A stretch of DNA of 64,000 nucleotides from Vicugna vicugna (Eukaryota): contig MU061579.1 in assembly GCA_013265495.1 (NCBI GenBank), positions 6,672,124 to 6,736,123 of the forward strand, given 5' to 3'. The translations under genes were made by a program, and so were the position numbers. This document shows, in pieces, positions 38,001-51,590 of the stretch. The first letter of the stretch is position 1; each line of letters begins with the position of its first letter. The notes beneath the pieces are model-generated. The model saw only the letters and a program-made list of their open reading frames with translations, made no database searches and was not told where the DNA came from.

Positions 38001-39109
38001 CTTTATATAAAAAAATTAACATAGGAAGTTACTCTTGATGTTAAAAAGGGGAGGAAAAAAAATCCCTAACATTGATATTGAAAATGAATGTATCCAGCTG
38101 CTATATGAGGAATTCTCCCTTTCCAGGCAATCTCCTCAGAGCCAGATTCATCACTGATAAAATCAGGTCACTTCCAGCTTTTCAGAATTTGAAAATTCTA
38201 TAAGTAATGAATCTATGCCCTTTCCAATAACATGACTTTGCACTAAGACCCTCACTTGGTTAAGAATGAAGGGAAAGAAGCACATATGGAGTCTTTTCTA
38301 CTTCTCTTTCTCTTTTTCGCCTGCTCTAGGGCTCTTCCAAAGGGCCGGCTGATGATCGATCCTTGCACTTAATAGGTTCTTCTAAGCCAAGAACCTATTC
38401 TCTACTTATTCAAACATGGAAGGTTATGTTGGTAGAGCTGACTGCGAATCCACATCCTGAGCAGTTGACATAGCCACAGCAGGACTGCCTTACTCACTAA
38501 CCACAGTTAGAGAAGCTGAACCAGAGCACTCAGGTATGATGGAGCCAGCTTCTAGAAGGCTTTATGCCCAGACTGTGCTTGAAATTGATTCCTGCATTAA
38601 AGGCATGGAAGCCCAGCCCACTGAGATAATTAGGTCCAGTGACCAGACTAACAACTCTTTTTTCTTTCTTTAGAAAGGTAGGTCAGAAGATGGGCAGGGA
38701 TTTCTTCGAGAAGTTGAAGGAACTTTTGAGAAATTCCCTTCTCAAAAGACTGAGACAGAAAAAAGACAAAGAAGAGTTAATTTTTCTGCCTAATATTCTA
38801 ATGTTAGCTTAACTCAGCATTTTCCAATATGTGTTTCAATATAATAGACACATCTTTGAAAATCCATGGATTTTTCCATTTCACTTAAATTGTGATGTCA
38901 TTAGCTTTTAATGTGTTAAATCAGTGGTTTTCAAGGTTTCAGGAGGAGAGAGAATAGGTAGAACAATAAAGCCATTGATTGTTAGACTAGGACAACTTGT
39001 TGTAGAAGTTTTTTAAAAAGTGGTTAGACAGAATTTCAAAAATTGTGAAGTTGTATCCCTGAACAGACAGAAGGCTTTGGGCAGAAAGAGGGAAAGAAAT
39101 AATGCCAGT

Positions 39110-39365
39110 AGACAACTGTAATTAGCAGCTCCATGTGCCATGTACTTTTCAAGAACTTAATACATACTGTCTCATTTAAATCTTTATAATAACTTTCTGA
39201 TATTATCTTCAGTCTACAGTTATGGAACTGTGGAAACTAAGGGAGAGGATTTAAGTAACTTGCTCAAGTTTACACAGCTATAAATGGCAGAAGGTGAGTT
39301 CAAACTCAGGAATTCTGGGTCAAGAGCTGATGTTTTCATGTTACACTCTTCTACTTCTGCTATTC
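39110..39365 (-). mobile_element. MIR SINE
   Basis: GGAAACTAAGGGAGAGGATTTAAGTAACTTGCTCAAGTTTACACAGCTATAAATGGCAGA. Confidence 0.8.
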
Positions 39366-41778
39366 TGCAGAGTTCTGACATACTTTTTCTCACTTGCAAC
39401 AACTTCATCTTCACAGGGTCAAACTGTAGGTCAAAAGGTAGGAAGGAGAAGAAAAGGTCATACAATAGAAGTCTCAGAGAGATTAAGGAGAGGTTGCCTA
39501 AAGAGAGAGTCATATACCTGGCTTCATGTTTGGAAATCTGGAAGGAGACCACCTTTTCCACCAGGGGAAGAAAAAGTGCCCCTGTGCCTTCATGGGCAGC
39601 CACAGTGATAAGTAAATGGTGTCACTGACATTTAGGCACAGAGATGGCTTGAGTTATACTTCTCTGTGGCATCAAATCAGTACAGAAGTCCCTGCATGTG
39701 TTAGAGGGGAAGAGAAAGACAGCTGAGTTAAGAGGAGTTGAGAAGAAAGCCATAGGGCTTCTCTGACACAAGGCAATGTGGCTACAAGATTGAGAGACTA
39801 AATGCTGGCTGAGACTCAAAGATCTGCAGTGTCAATGCAAACCAAAGTGAGGTCCAGGCATCAAGGATTTTGACCACACCAGTAGGATGGACCATGGGTA
39901 CACCAGCACAGATGACAGTGGTGATTTCTAGCAAACAAATCAGTGGACAGACTCTAAAGGAAAACAAGTCCACTGCTTAAGACCACTTATGGGTCCAAGG
40001 TCACAATCCCTACCCCTTGGTATCATGGACACCAGTTAAGTTCCCTCTTGATTCCAGGTTTGTATAGGATTGGATATGGAGGCCAGAAGAGTCTCTGAAT
40101 TTCTGAATATTTACCAAAAAGTGTCTTTGTCAGAAATTGTTTTGAATTGGGAAGATCTGAGATACAGTGAAGATAACCTGATGTACAGTGTTCAATTGCA
40201 AGTAGCAGCTGCAGAAAGCACTAGTTCTGTATGTTGTTAATAAATATTATTGAGAAATTTATTTTCTTGCTGCATAAGATTCAGAATACTGAGTTGAAAA
40301 ATACACAGGTTTTCATGGTATAGGAATTCTCAGAAATTAAATTAGGGTCATTAACAGTGTGAATCTGAGAGCAGATTATATAACTTCAAGTTTTAAAATG
40401 TCCCAAACATTTTTTCCATGTTAAATTTTCCATATTAAATTTTTATGTTAAATTTTCCATTTAGTATAATTAGCATTTCACAGAACACTCTTTAGGAAAA
40501 AAATGGTTTGTTTCAGTACAAGGGATCTATGTGATTATCAAACACAAAGGCAGGATCCAGGGTAAATATGGTAACTCACACACAGTCATATACACACATA
40601 CAGGAGACTGACAGTGAGAGAGAGTTCTAAATCTCCTTGCAGAGTAAGCATTCCACAATTACTTATTAATATTTTAGTGACAGTTACCAGACCTGGCAAT
40701 CTTATTCTACTCATCTGCATCATATATTCATTTTGTGCTAGACAGTGAGACAGTAAGGTTGTTTTTTTCCCTTCAGATAAATTGTCTTGCACATGGCCAA
40801 CTGAGTACAATTAGATATACTAAGATGGTTTAAATTTTGAATTAATATTTGTTGAGAAAAGCTAAGCAAGCTTTCTTCCCTGGGTGTTCAAACACATTGT
40901 TCACTTTAGTACAGAGAATCCGAGGCTGTGGGATATTTTCCCTATTATTTATTACTGTGTACTAAATTTTTATCTGAATATTTTCCAGTAAAATCTAGAT
41001 GACCATAGGATCTAATGCTAAAATCCACATATTTTGACTCTTTTTTCTAATCTGCATAAGTTGCACCTGAAAAATTCAGTTGTATAAAATAATGAACATT
41101 TTGCTCCTTAAACCCCTCTTTTAAGGCTGTTCCATTTTACCGGATTAATCAACCTTCAGGGACATCACTTTTAACTCTCAAAACAGGTGTTGCAACAGGT
41201 AGAAAACAGGTAGAAAATCCATAGCACATTATAATCAGTTATTCTGAAATGATCCTAATGTTGTACCAACACAAATAAGCTGTTTAAATTCATTTTTAGC
41301 AGCATCTGTTGCTAGTGGATTTAATACCTGATTGTTGGATCAGGATTTCTAAATCCTTTCATCCAGGAAAAATACTAGGACCTAGTTAAACCATGTGTCA
41401 GATAAATCCTTATCCTAAGAGTCCAGGTTTCACCTGGGGAGGTTATCATCTTTGTATCCTTTGTTAGCTCATCTCTTTCCAGTTAAAAGAAGCAGAGTCA
41501 CATTCTGGTTACTTTAAGTCAGGGAGGCACATTATAAGTAAACATAGAAAAGCAAGGAAAATCACATTGCCTGGAAGTGTATATTACCACTCAGAAATTA
41601 GCAGTTTACCCAGATGTCCAAGAGCAGCTGTGATGTCCTTGCTGAAGAACTTGACTCTAAAGGATGCATAACTAGGTCTCTCCATTCTAATGCTTAACCA
41701 GTTGGTTGGCTTATGCACCACTCTCAATAACTGGCACTCTCTCTGTATCTCACAGTCAAGCCCCTAGAGAGTGGATTA

Positions 41779-41813
41779 GATGAGATGAGATGAGATAAGA
41801 TGAGATGAGATGA
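41779..41813. repeat. (AGATG)n pentanucleotide microsatellite, about 7 units
   Basis: Read directly. Confidence 0.9.
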
Positions 41814-42077
41814 ACTGACAATTGAGCAAGCCTCTCATATTGGGCCACATCATAATCTCTGCAAACCCATGTCTGTTTACATACATAAATCTACTCTGGC
41901 TTCAAGTAAACCCTATCAGGAAGGGAGGTAACATTGTAAGATTTCCTCAGAAAGAAATCTAGGAGCTGTAAGCACTGTGAATCTAATAAATTCTTTTTCA
42001 GTGCATCTTAGTGTGAAGACTCTTTCAAGCACTTTAAACGATATAAGATCTTAGCCCACCTTTAACAAACACACTAG

Positions 42078-42810
42078 CCTGCCACAATTCTATAGATGTC
42101 AGCAGAAGACACATGATTCCTGAATCAGAGACAATGGCAGTTCATTATTCATAGCCACTGCTATGTACCTCTTTGCCAAGCCACTATTCCCACAGGGCAA
42201 CAGAAAGAGGGCAAGGGAATACCTGCACAAGAAGAATCCCAAGCTTAGGAAACCTGAATCTTTTACATGGGCAGTAAACCTGCCTGAACTTTTCCCCAGA
42301 GGGAGACACTGTCTTTATTATATCTGCTTTAATATGAATGTTTTTGTCCCTCCAAAATTTGTATGTTGAAATTCTAATGCCAAATATGATGGTATTAGGA
42401 GATGAGACCTTTGGGAGGTGTTCAGGTCATGAGAGTGAAGCCTTCATGAAAGGGCTTAATGTTCTTATAAGAGACACCACAGAGATCCCTCACCCATTCC
42501 ATCATGTGAGATACAATGAGAAGTCTGTAACTGGAAAGAGAGCCTTCACCTGATCATGCTGGCACCCCAGCCTCCAGAATTGTGAGAAATAATTGTCTGT
42601 ATAAGTCACCTCATTTGTGGTATTTCCTTATGGCAGCCCCAATGGACTAAGACAATTCTGGACAGTAAACAAACCTGAAGTTTGCTGCAGAGAGAAACAG
42701 CATCTCTATATTCCAGGACTATTCACTAGACAAACATCCTTGAAGGGTATTTCAGAGAAAAAGGCAGTGAGTGCCTCTGCTTCTAAGACATGCAGAAATA
42801 CAAAACTGTT
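42078..42810 (-). mobile_element. Older ERV LTR relic interrupted by MLT1A
   Basis: TAGATGTCAGCAGAAGACACATGATTCCTGAATCAGAGAC...; resumes after 42654 with GGACAGTAAACAAACCTG. Confidence 0.5.
42325..42654 (+). mobile_element. MLT1A-like MaLR solo LTR
   Basis: TGC...GAATGTTTTTGTCCCTCCAAAATT...CCAGCCTCCAGAATTGTGAGAAATAA...GGACTAAGACA. Confidence 0.85.
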
Positions 42811-43439
42811 TCCCAGAAGGAAACCCTAGCTCAAAGGATACTATACATGATTTATATGAAGAGGTATAATCAAACCAAAATAATATTGCCAACAAGAAAT
42901 ATTTGAGTTACATATGAAAATTAAAAACACCAAGTATAAAGTGCTCTTTTCAACTCTCAGAGTCACTGGAGGAATCCATCTATGCTTTTGCCCCATTCCA
43001 AGACCTCGACAAGATTCTGCCTTAAACTCATTGCTTCTTTTGTTTAGTGATTTTATGACAAAGTACTGAGAAAATAGACAGCCTGTTACTCAAACACCCA
43101 GGGTCTCCACAGAGATAACTTGTTCCCTACCTATCTTAGCAACATTATTTCCTTCTTCATCTTTTTTTTTTCCTAAACTGCTAAGAGATATGAAAAAAAA
43201 AACTCTACTGCTCTCAAGAACAGAGAAATCACTGCAAGATTCCTCCATCCCAAATATTTACTAGTATTTTTCTCTTAGGAAAGCCCATTTGCATGGTTAA
43301 GAATGGACACTTCAGGAAAAAATAAATAAACATCCAGAAAGTAGCAGGATTTCACCAGGGTGTTTGTTTTGCTTTGCTTTGATTGTATTTGCTTAGGCAC
43401 ATATGTTATATATTTCTGATTTCAAGATAATAACTGATT

Positions 43440-43960
43440 TTGGCAGAGACTTCATGCCTATCCAACATCTATTTTCCCCCTCTTCTATTATAATATCAGA
43501 CCTATTCAGACCTTTAAGATAACCAGTCACAGGAATACATTACTTGGCTTTTCTTGGAGCTACACATTGCCATGAGGCTAAGGTCTGCCGGGACCTTATG
43601 ATAATGATAGAAGCAGATGTGCTGGAGGAAAATTAGGGAAGACTCTGTGAGGGAGCTGATTCTGCATGGAAGTGTGCTCTTTTCACCTTTCCCTCCACTT
43701 TATCACTGCTAACGTGGATGTGAGGACTGGAGCTTTTGCAGCCCTTGCAAAGGACTGTGGACCAAGTTAGAAGTAGCCTGGGTCCCTAATGACTTTCTGA
43801 AACCATTTTACCAGCTTTATACTCTCTATCTCCAAATTCCTATTATATGAGACCATAAACAAACAAACAAACAAAACTTCCTAATGTATTTAAGTCACTA
43901 TGTTTTTTGTTTGTTTTTGGAGGGGGGTATATGTTTCATTCTTTGCAGCCCTAAATAACT
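43440..43960 (+). mobile_element. LTR33-like ERVL LTR relic
   Basis: TGGCAGAGAC...AAGTAGCCTGGGTCCCTAATGAC...TGTATTTAAGTCACT. Confidence 0.55.
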
Positions 43961-44459
43961 GCAAACTATGTAATAATCCTTACAGAAAATCTGGAGAATA
44001 TATTAAAAAATATAAGAAAAGCAAAACCACCTGTATTTTTGACTCAGTGGCAAAATTTATTCAGATTATCAATGTGTTATAAATGAATGAATCAAAACAT
44101 CTCTAGGAACATCTATGAGGAAACAAGCACTTTATATTTAGAACTTTATTTTAATATTTATTTTTAACTTACTTTCTAAGCAGATCCTATTCTTGGCTTT
44201 AGAAATCAAGGATCTAATTTCTACTCTGGAGGTCCTCAAAAAGGTCCATGAGCTAAAAATACCATCACATGAGATTTTTGCTAGGCCTCAGGGTTTCCTG
44301 GTGTGTCTAATGCCCTACATTCATAGATATTTTATTAGGAATATAATGCAAGCCCATGATACATTCAAATGATACAAAGTGTACAAAATGAAAAGGAAAT
44401 GTCTTCATTAAATCCCCTTCCCTTCCTATCAAAATCTAAATGGTAAACAAGTTTTATGC

Positions 44460-44966
44460 TGTCGAGTAAAAAATGCAAAACCTAAAAGCTGAGAGTTACG
44501 TTTTATTTGGTGGACATTTTTGAGGACTTAAGCCTGGGATACAGCCTCTCAGGTAGCTCTAAGAGACTGCTCTGAAGAAATAGGGGAGATGCCAGGATAA
44601 ACAAGAGTTTCGGCAACAAAGACCAGGTAGTTGGAAAATTAAAAGATTACTGTTAACTAAAGAAAGCCAGATATCTCAAGTTAAGGAATTTAGTACTTTT
44701 CTATGTACCACAGAATGCAAAAGTCTGGGTTCATAGAAATTACTCCTTTGATGTGTACCTAGCTATCTAGGGCCAGTATCCTGTTCTTTCCCATCCTGAG
44801 TTAACCTCAGGGTGCACTGTTGGGTGTGGCAGGAGAAGCCAGGCTATCTGCTTGTCTGCATCCTGAGTTACCTCTGGCTCAGTCAGGAGCAGCGGTAGTG
44901 GCTGATGACTTGATGGCTGTAGCATCCTTTGTTTACTGATATGGCAGGCAATATTTTTCATTCACA
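44460..44966 (-). mobile_element. ERV1-like solo LTR (cetartiodactyl type)
   Basis: TGTCGAG...TTCATTCACA termini; minus-strand AATAAA near 44503; internal repeat CATCCTGAGTTA(A)CCTC. Confidence 0.8.
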
Positions 44967-45349
44967 TGTATTGTTCCTAAAAATTGTCATGTCTCTAAGA
45001 CATATATATACACACAATAGACACTTATTTTATGCAAGGCACTATTTTTAAATCCTAGGATTCACCAGTGAATAAGGCAAATACTTAGGCCTCCTGCAAT
45101 TTTCATGGGAAAATACTCTTCATGAAAAGAATAAATAAAGAAATAAGCAAATAAATGGATGTGTGTGTGATGGAGTGTGATATGTATGTTGTATCAGTTG
45201 ATTTTTTTATTTAACAATATATCTTGGAGATATTTTCATTTGCATATTCATTTCAAACATACAGCAGGTTTTCATTTCACAGTAAAGGACCAACGTTGCA
45301 GACATTTCGGAACTTAATGAATGTCATGAGGTATAAGTTTATGAAAAAA

Positions 45350-45550
45350 AATTGTATCATCAACTCTAATTTCCTTATTTTAGAAATGGAGATACTGAAA
45401 CATAGATGTGTTCAATGACGTAGCTAAGGACATACAGGTGGAATATGGAGGATGAGTCTCAGTTGTGGGCCTTGGTATTATTTCACACATTATTAATACA
45501 GTTCAAAACTAAAAATTAAAACTCAGATCCCTCAATTCCAAAATACTATA
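45350..45550 (-). mobile_element. MIR SINE relic
   Basis: ATTTTAGAAATGGAGATACTGAAACATAGATGTGTTCAATGACGTAGCTAAGGACATACAG. Confidence 0.6.
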
Positions 45551-48500
45551 CTTCCTCTTTAAGTAATTAAGTAATACAGTTCATCATCATTTGGGGTGAA
45601 AATGATTGTTTCTCAGAGCAATGTTTGGCATAGTCTCTATTCAAATGTCAGTGCACTTGATAGCTAAGTTATAAAATTAATTGCTAGCTCAAGAACAGAT
45701 CCCAGGAATGGACAGGATGCAAAAATTCTATTGACAATGCTGTACAGTTTAAAATATTTATATACATGTATGTATTGTATACATACATATATGTGTGCAT
45801 CTGTGTATGTTTATATAAATATGTTATATGTATATGCACAATAGGTAATTCAATTTAAGAAGAACTGTGACCACATTTTAGTTACAGTAGCTACTTGCCT
45901 GGATTGATGTCGTGGCCATGGTAATTATTCTTCCAGATGAGCTGGCTGAAACTTCAATCTCATTCTGGTTAAAATAAATAATGTTTTAGTCAATGACCTA
46001 AATTATTAACTATTAGGTCTAGATGTTTTATAAACATTCAAGAATGTTCAGTTGCCTTGAGAAGGGACCACAGTACTTTCAAATTCATAACTTTACTAAG
46101 TGAATAATTTGACATTTGTTTTGAAAACATAAGGAAATAAAGAAGTGATAAGATGTGACAAATATAAGAAATATAAAAGTGTAAAAAAATCTTTACACTA
46201 TACATTAATCCTCCCATAAAAGATTTCATTAAATTAGGTGTCTGTGTTAAAATAAACATATGAAAGACCTAGAGATTGTTGAGGAAACAGAGACCAAGAT
46301 TTTAAAAGAATAGCAACTTAAAAACCTGGAAAATGTATTTGAAAATTTAAAATGAACCCTAGAGTGATGACATTTTTTTCTCCTGCTCTTCAAATAAATG
46401 AATGGGAGAGAGAAACTGTTTTAGCTTCTAGTGCACAAAAAGAGAGTAGGAACAAGTTGAATTTTGATCAAACATGAGTGGCTTCACCAGCAGCATAATT
46501 AACATTTCACCTCATTTTGGGAGCCCTGAGGACATGACAGTTAAAGGTAAACATCTACCTGGGTGATTTAGGTGCTCACCTAATTTGAGGCTAAATAATC
46601 TAGCCATCTGAGTTCACCCAGCTTCATCATTCCCTCATCTTTTATCCTGTTAAACACACTTCCTCTCCAGACATTTTGTCCGTCAATTTATGGTGGTAAT
46701 CTCAGAAATGAAATTGCATGCCATAAATAGTTTCAAAATACAAACTGCTATTCGGAACAAAATTTAAACACGGTAGGTGTCTGTGATTTAAATTACCTGC
46801 AACAAAGGCAGCTTGTGTTGCAGCTTCTTTCAGCCATCCAAAATGAAGAGAAACTGCTATTTCTTTTCAAGCCTTTACTATCTAAACGTTTTCACTCACA
46901 GTAATGATTAAAATAAAGACTAAGATTGAATTGAGTGGCAAAATCACAAGTTGAAGTGTTAAGATCATTTTCCAAGATAAAGATTTCTCCATGATGATGG
47001 AGAAGTTTTTTTTTGTTGTCACTGAAAAGCTGAAAATGTTTAAATAAATTGGATAAAGAGAAAGTACAATTTAGAAGAGAAATGTAAGCACAATTTTTAA
47101 AAAAAAAGCAGAAATCAGAGAATAAAATGGATCACAGATGCATAAAAAGGGAAAATAATTTTTCACATAAAAGAACTTGGAAATTGGGTCTTCATAAATA
47201 TGAACAAAAAGGATAACGCTAATGTTCTATATTCTGTATAAATCAGTTTCTAGATCTTTTCCATTTAAATAAAAACTGTAAATAATAAATGTATACAGAT
47301 TTATTTATTTTAAAAAGTGTGTTGAGTGCACCAGTTCTAGTCCCTGTTTTTATTACTGTGGAGGATTCACAGATCAAACTAATACTGTGTTTATTATGCA
47401 AAAGTTTGGATGTGGTTAAGATCATAGTAAAAAGTCATCAGAGGAACAAATGTGAGAAGAAAAAAAGGTAAGGAAGCTAGTGAATGGGTGGTACCTTTTT
47501 CGGAATTTGCTTCTTTACTTACCAGTAAGCCCTTCTCCTCTTACTCCAACCCCCAGGTTAAAATATAAATGTAAATGCTATCTTCCTGTTCTCAAGAAGT
47601 TCAAGGAAATAGATCATATCTGTAAGCAAGTAAAGTTCTACTTATATTTAGAATATTTCAGTCTAACCAAAAAAAAAAAAAGTTCTCTTCTGTATACCTT
47701 CTTTAACTGAATTTCAAGACTGATGTGTGATGTTCCAGCAAAAGGGAGCCAGGATCAGTACTTCTTCAGATGAAACATACATTCACAAGTAAGGAAGCAG
47801 CTGAGGACACAAACAGGCTTCAGTTAGAAGGATCCTAATCACGTGTCCTTCCCTGGTTAGGAAATCATCTCAGTGTGAGACTGCTTTCTCCTTGGGAATC
47901 CTATTTTTAGTTGAGAAAATAATAAGTGTCTGCCTTGAAAATGGCTCCTATGGCTTAGAAATACCCTCAGTGTGTGTGCTGTCTTTTTTTTTACTTAGTG
48001 AAAGAGAGAAATTGGCCAATTCTCTCAATGTAGCTGTTTTCCTTTCAAATTCCTATGTGTTGGTTATACATCATAATCTTCATTTGAGGATTTTATCTCA
48101 AAGGGCAGTACTCCCTTTACTGGATAGATAACCACACTTAGATCATTGATCACGTCTTAGAGCTTAAACATTTTACCTTATATTCTCGTTACAGGCTTTA
48201 CTCCTCAACCCACTCAGTATGAAAAGACTTGCCACACTCCCATTGAATCAGATTCAACAAGCCTCATTTCATAGAAAGGAACTTTTGCTGGAACATCACA
48301 AATCCCTGGTCAAAGTAACCATTTTCAGGAAAAAAATTCTTGTACTTAATGTTGTTTTTAAAAAACAAAGTGTATTGACTCACCTGATATATTATTATTC
48401 TGATCAATCCTGAAACTATTCTTACAAAAAGAGTATGTTTTCTACATAATGAAGGAATTAAAGTTGCTTATATATGTGAAATTGCAGCTGATGGTTAAAT

Positions 48501-50854
48501 GCTGATTTTTTTGTAAGATAATCATTTGGTATGTATTGATATTTCACAGAAAATAACATTAATTAAATCTAGATGTCTCAAATGGACTTCTTATAAACTA
48601 TCTAGCACATATTTATGATTACAAGATAGAGAACAGGTGTAAGTTTGATATGAAGAGTTCTTTCTTTCCTATAATGTGGGTAAAGATGTAGAGTTTTAAC
48701 CTCTAAGTCAAAGGGCTTTGAGATGTCAGCCTTTATTTTTACCATCTATCTCTGAATACTTCTTTATCTTAGAGTCATGTCTCCGCAATGTAGCTGAGTC
48801 AACAAAAGTTTGCCCCAAATATTTTTATGAATAACTATTAATTTAAGGTTGCAACCTCTGGCCTTAGCAGAATTTTTATGAAGTAGGGCTAAGCCAAAGA
48901 AAATGAAGCTTACAGTTTTCTGTTTCAATGCAAACAATACAATATAAATTTTATGAAAGAAAAATAGATTTTTAGTCTAATAGGGAAACAATATAGATTT
49001 CAGATTTAAGCTGATAGCTGGAAAATGAGCAGGAATTAATCAAAGAGTAGATAAAGGAGCACTTTTAGTGGTAAGATTAACATGTGCAAAGGCCCTGAAG
49101 CAGGAGAGAGCTAGATATGATCAAGAAAATGAATCTTAAAAAATATCTTGTGATGGAAGCTTATCAGCTAGGATAAAAAAACACAGATGCTCTAATAAAT
49201 AATACAAAGTCACAACAACCTAACATAATGAAAATGTATTTTTTGTTGCTGTCCAATGCCAGTGGTGATTCAGGCACACAGGCTGTTTCCATCAGCAATT
49301 TTAGAACACTTCTCTTCCAAGGAAAAGAGTGAATCACATGGGAAATGTTGGCATTATAAATGGGGTACCTCCCTCTTATTCACACTCCATTGATAAAAAC
49401 TGTTTATTTGTTCCCAACTTAGGGGAAAGAGTAAATAAGAAATACAGCCTTTCTTTTGTGTTCAGAAAGGGTAAATATCTATGCCATCTCTACCCCGAAG
49501 GGAGAAGAGAGATAAAAGTTGAAGCCAGAGAGCTAAGCAGGTGTCACATGATACAGAGTCTCATAATCCACCAAGATACTGAATTACAGGTAAAATAGGA
49601 AGTCGATGGATGACTTCGAACAACAGAGTGATATAATTTAACTTATACTTTTACAAGATCACTCCAATTATAATCACTCTAATTATAAATGTGGCTAGCA
49701 GGTAGGGAGATAGGTATACTGGTCTGAAGCTCAAAAAGAGGGCAATTTGGCAACAAAATCTAGAATTTGATGCCCTATGGAAAGTAATTAAAGTAAATGG
49801 ATATGGATGAGCTTACTATAGAAGGAGAAAAATCCAGATATTTTCCAAACAAAAAGTGACTCAAATAATACCGTTTTTTATGTAACTCTTGTTTTCTATA
49901 CAGCTTAAAGGCCAATGAAATATCTTCAACTTTCAGACCAATAATCATTATTATACTATACATTCAGAAAAGGGAGGGGAAGGAGAGCGTGTAGACCTGG
50001 CAATGTGTTTTCCTTTTACCATCTGGAAAGCACTGACACAGTGTGAGTGGCTTTATTGTACCTACTTCTTGGACTAATTTTGGAAAGAGCACAAATAACC
50101 TACATTTTTATTTCCAGAACATTTCTTTTTATGTGTGAAAAGATTTAAGTATATTGGATGAGTCAAAGGATACGTTTCTGTGAGTCACTGAAAAGTAAAG
50201 AATAGAAATGCCAATTTCAATCGCTAGTAACTGACAGTTTTGATAAACATTTATAAAACAAGACTATCTGTACCATAACATGCAGCAATATGAAACTGCA
50301 ATGTAGAGTTCTCCCTTCACCAAAAGTTCCTGAATACAAGAGCTGAAATGACTGATAAAGAAGGGTCATCCGTAAGGCATCACAAGTGGGAAGGAAAAAG
50401 CACCAGAGCCAAGTTATTCTAAGTCAGTTATATTTTCCAGAGGAAGCATTTGCTTGCAAGTAAAAATCTGGTTTCAATGACCATTAGGGCTAATTTACAC
50501 ATTCCCATTAATTGTCATTTGGTAATACAATAAAGAGAAGGTATGAACAGATATGAAGTGGTCTTTGCCTTCTATAGTTACCAGGGAAGACCAGAGTAAG
50601 AGAATGACCCAGACAGTAGGCACTCTATGTATAAAGCTCCACTTGGCAGAATCTTCAAAATCAGCTAAATACAGATATTAATTTCATTTCTTACCCAAAG
50701 TTATATATCTGACATAACTGTTTCACCACTGGTATGCCTTAGTTGGCATGCCCATTCAAGACTGAGTAATAAGAGCTCTACCCCTAAAGCAATTTTTTCC
50801 CCCAAAAATGCTAATTAGTGTATTGATAGCAAGCATTCTTAAGTTGGTCTTCAT

Positions 50855-51590
50855 TCTTTTAAATTGAGGTATGATTGACACATAACATTATATATCTTCA
50901 GGTGTAAAAATAATGATTTGATATCTGTATGTATTGTAAAATGATCACCACAATAAGTCTAGTGAACATCTGTCACCATACATAGTTAATTTTTTTTTCT
51001 TGTGATGAAAACTTTTAAGATCAACTCTCTTATCAACTTTCAAATATGCAAATAATACTATTAGCTATAGTCACCATGCTGTGCATTATATCTCCATGAC
51101 CTATTTATTTTATAATTGGAATTTTAAAACTTTTGACCCTTTTCATCCATTTTGCTCACCCTCCCACACCCACCTTTGGCAACCACCAACCTCACCAATC
51201 TGCTTTCTGTATCTATGAGCTCATCTGTTTGTTTGTTTTTATGTATAAGTGAAATCATATAGTATTTGTCTTTCTCTGACTTTAGTCACTTAGCATAATG
51301 CCCTCAAGGTCCAACCATATTGTTGCAAATGGCAAGATTTCCTTCTTTTTAATGGCTGAATATTCCACTGTACTTCTATACCACAATTTCTTTATCCATT
51401 CATCCTTTTATGGGAGGTTGTTTCCATGTCTTGGCTACTGTAAATAATGCTGCAGTGAACACGAGGGTTCATATATCTTTTGGAGTTAGTGTTTTTGGGT
51501 TTTTTTTTTTGATAAATACCCAGGAGTAGAATTGCTGTATCATATGATAGTTCTATTTTTAATTTCGGGGAGAAATTCCATACATTTTTG
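50855..51590 (-). mobile_element. L1 3' end (L1MA9-like)
   Basis: AATTGAGGTATGATTGACA...TTGTTGCAAATGGCAAGATTTCC...CCAGGAGTAGAATTGCTG. Confidence 0.9.
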
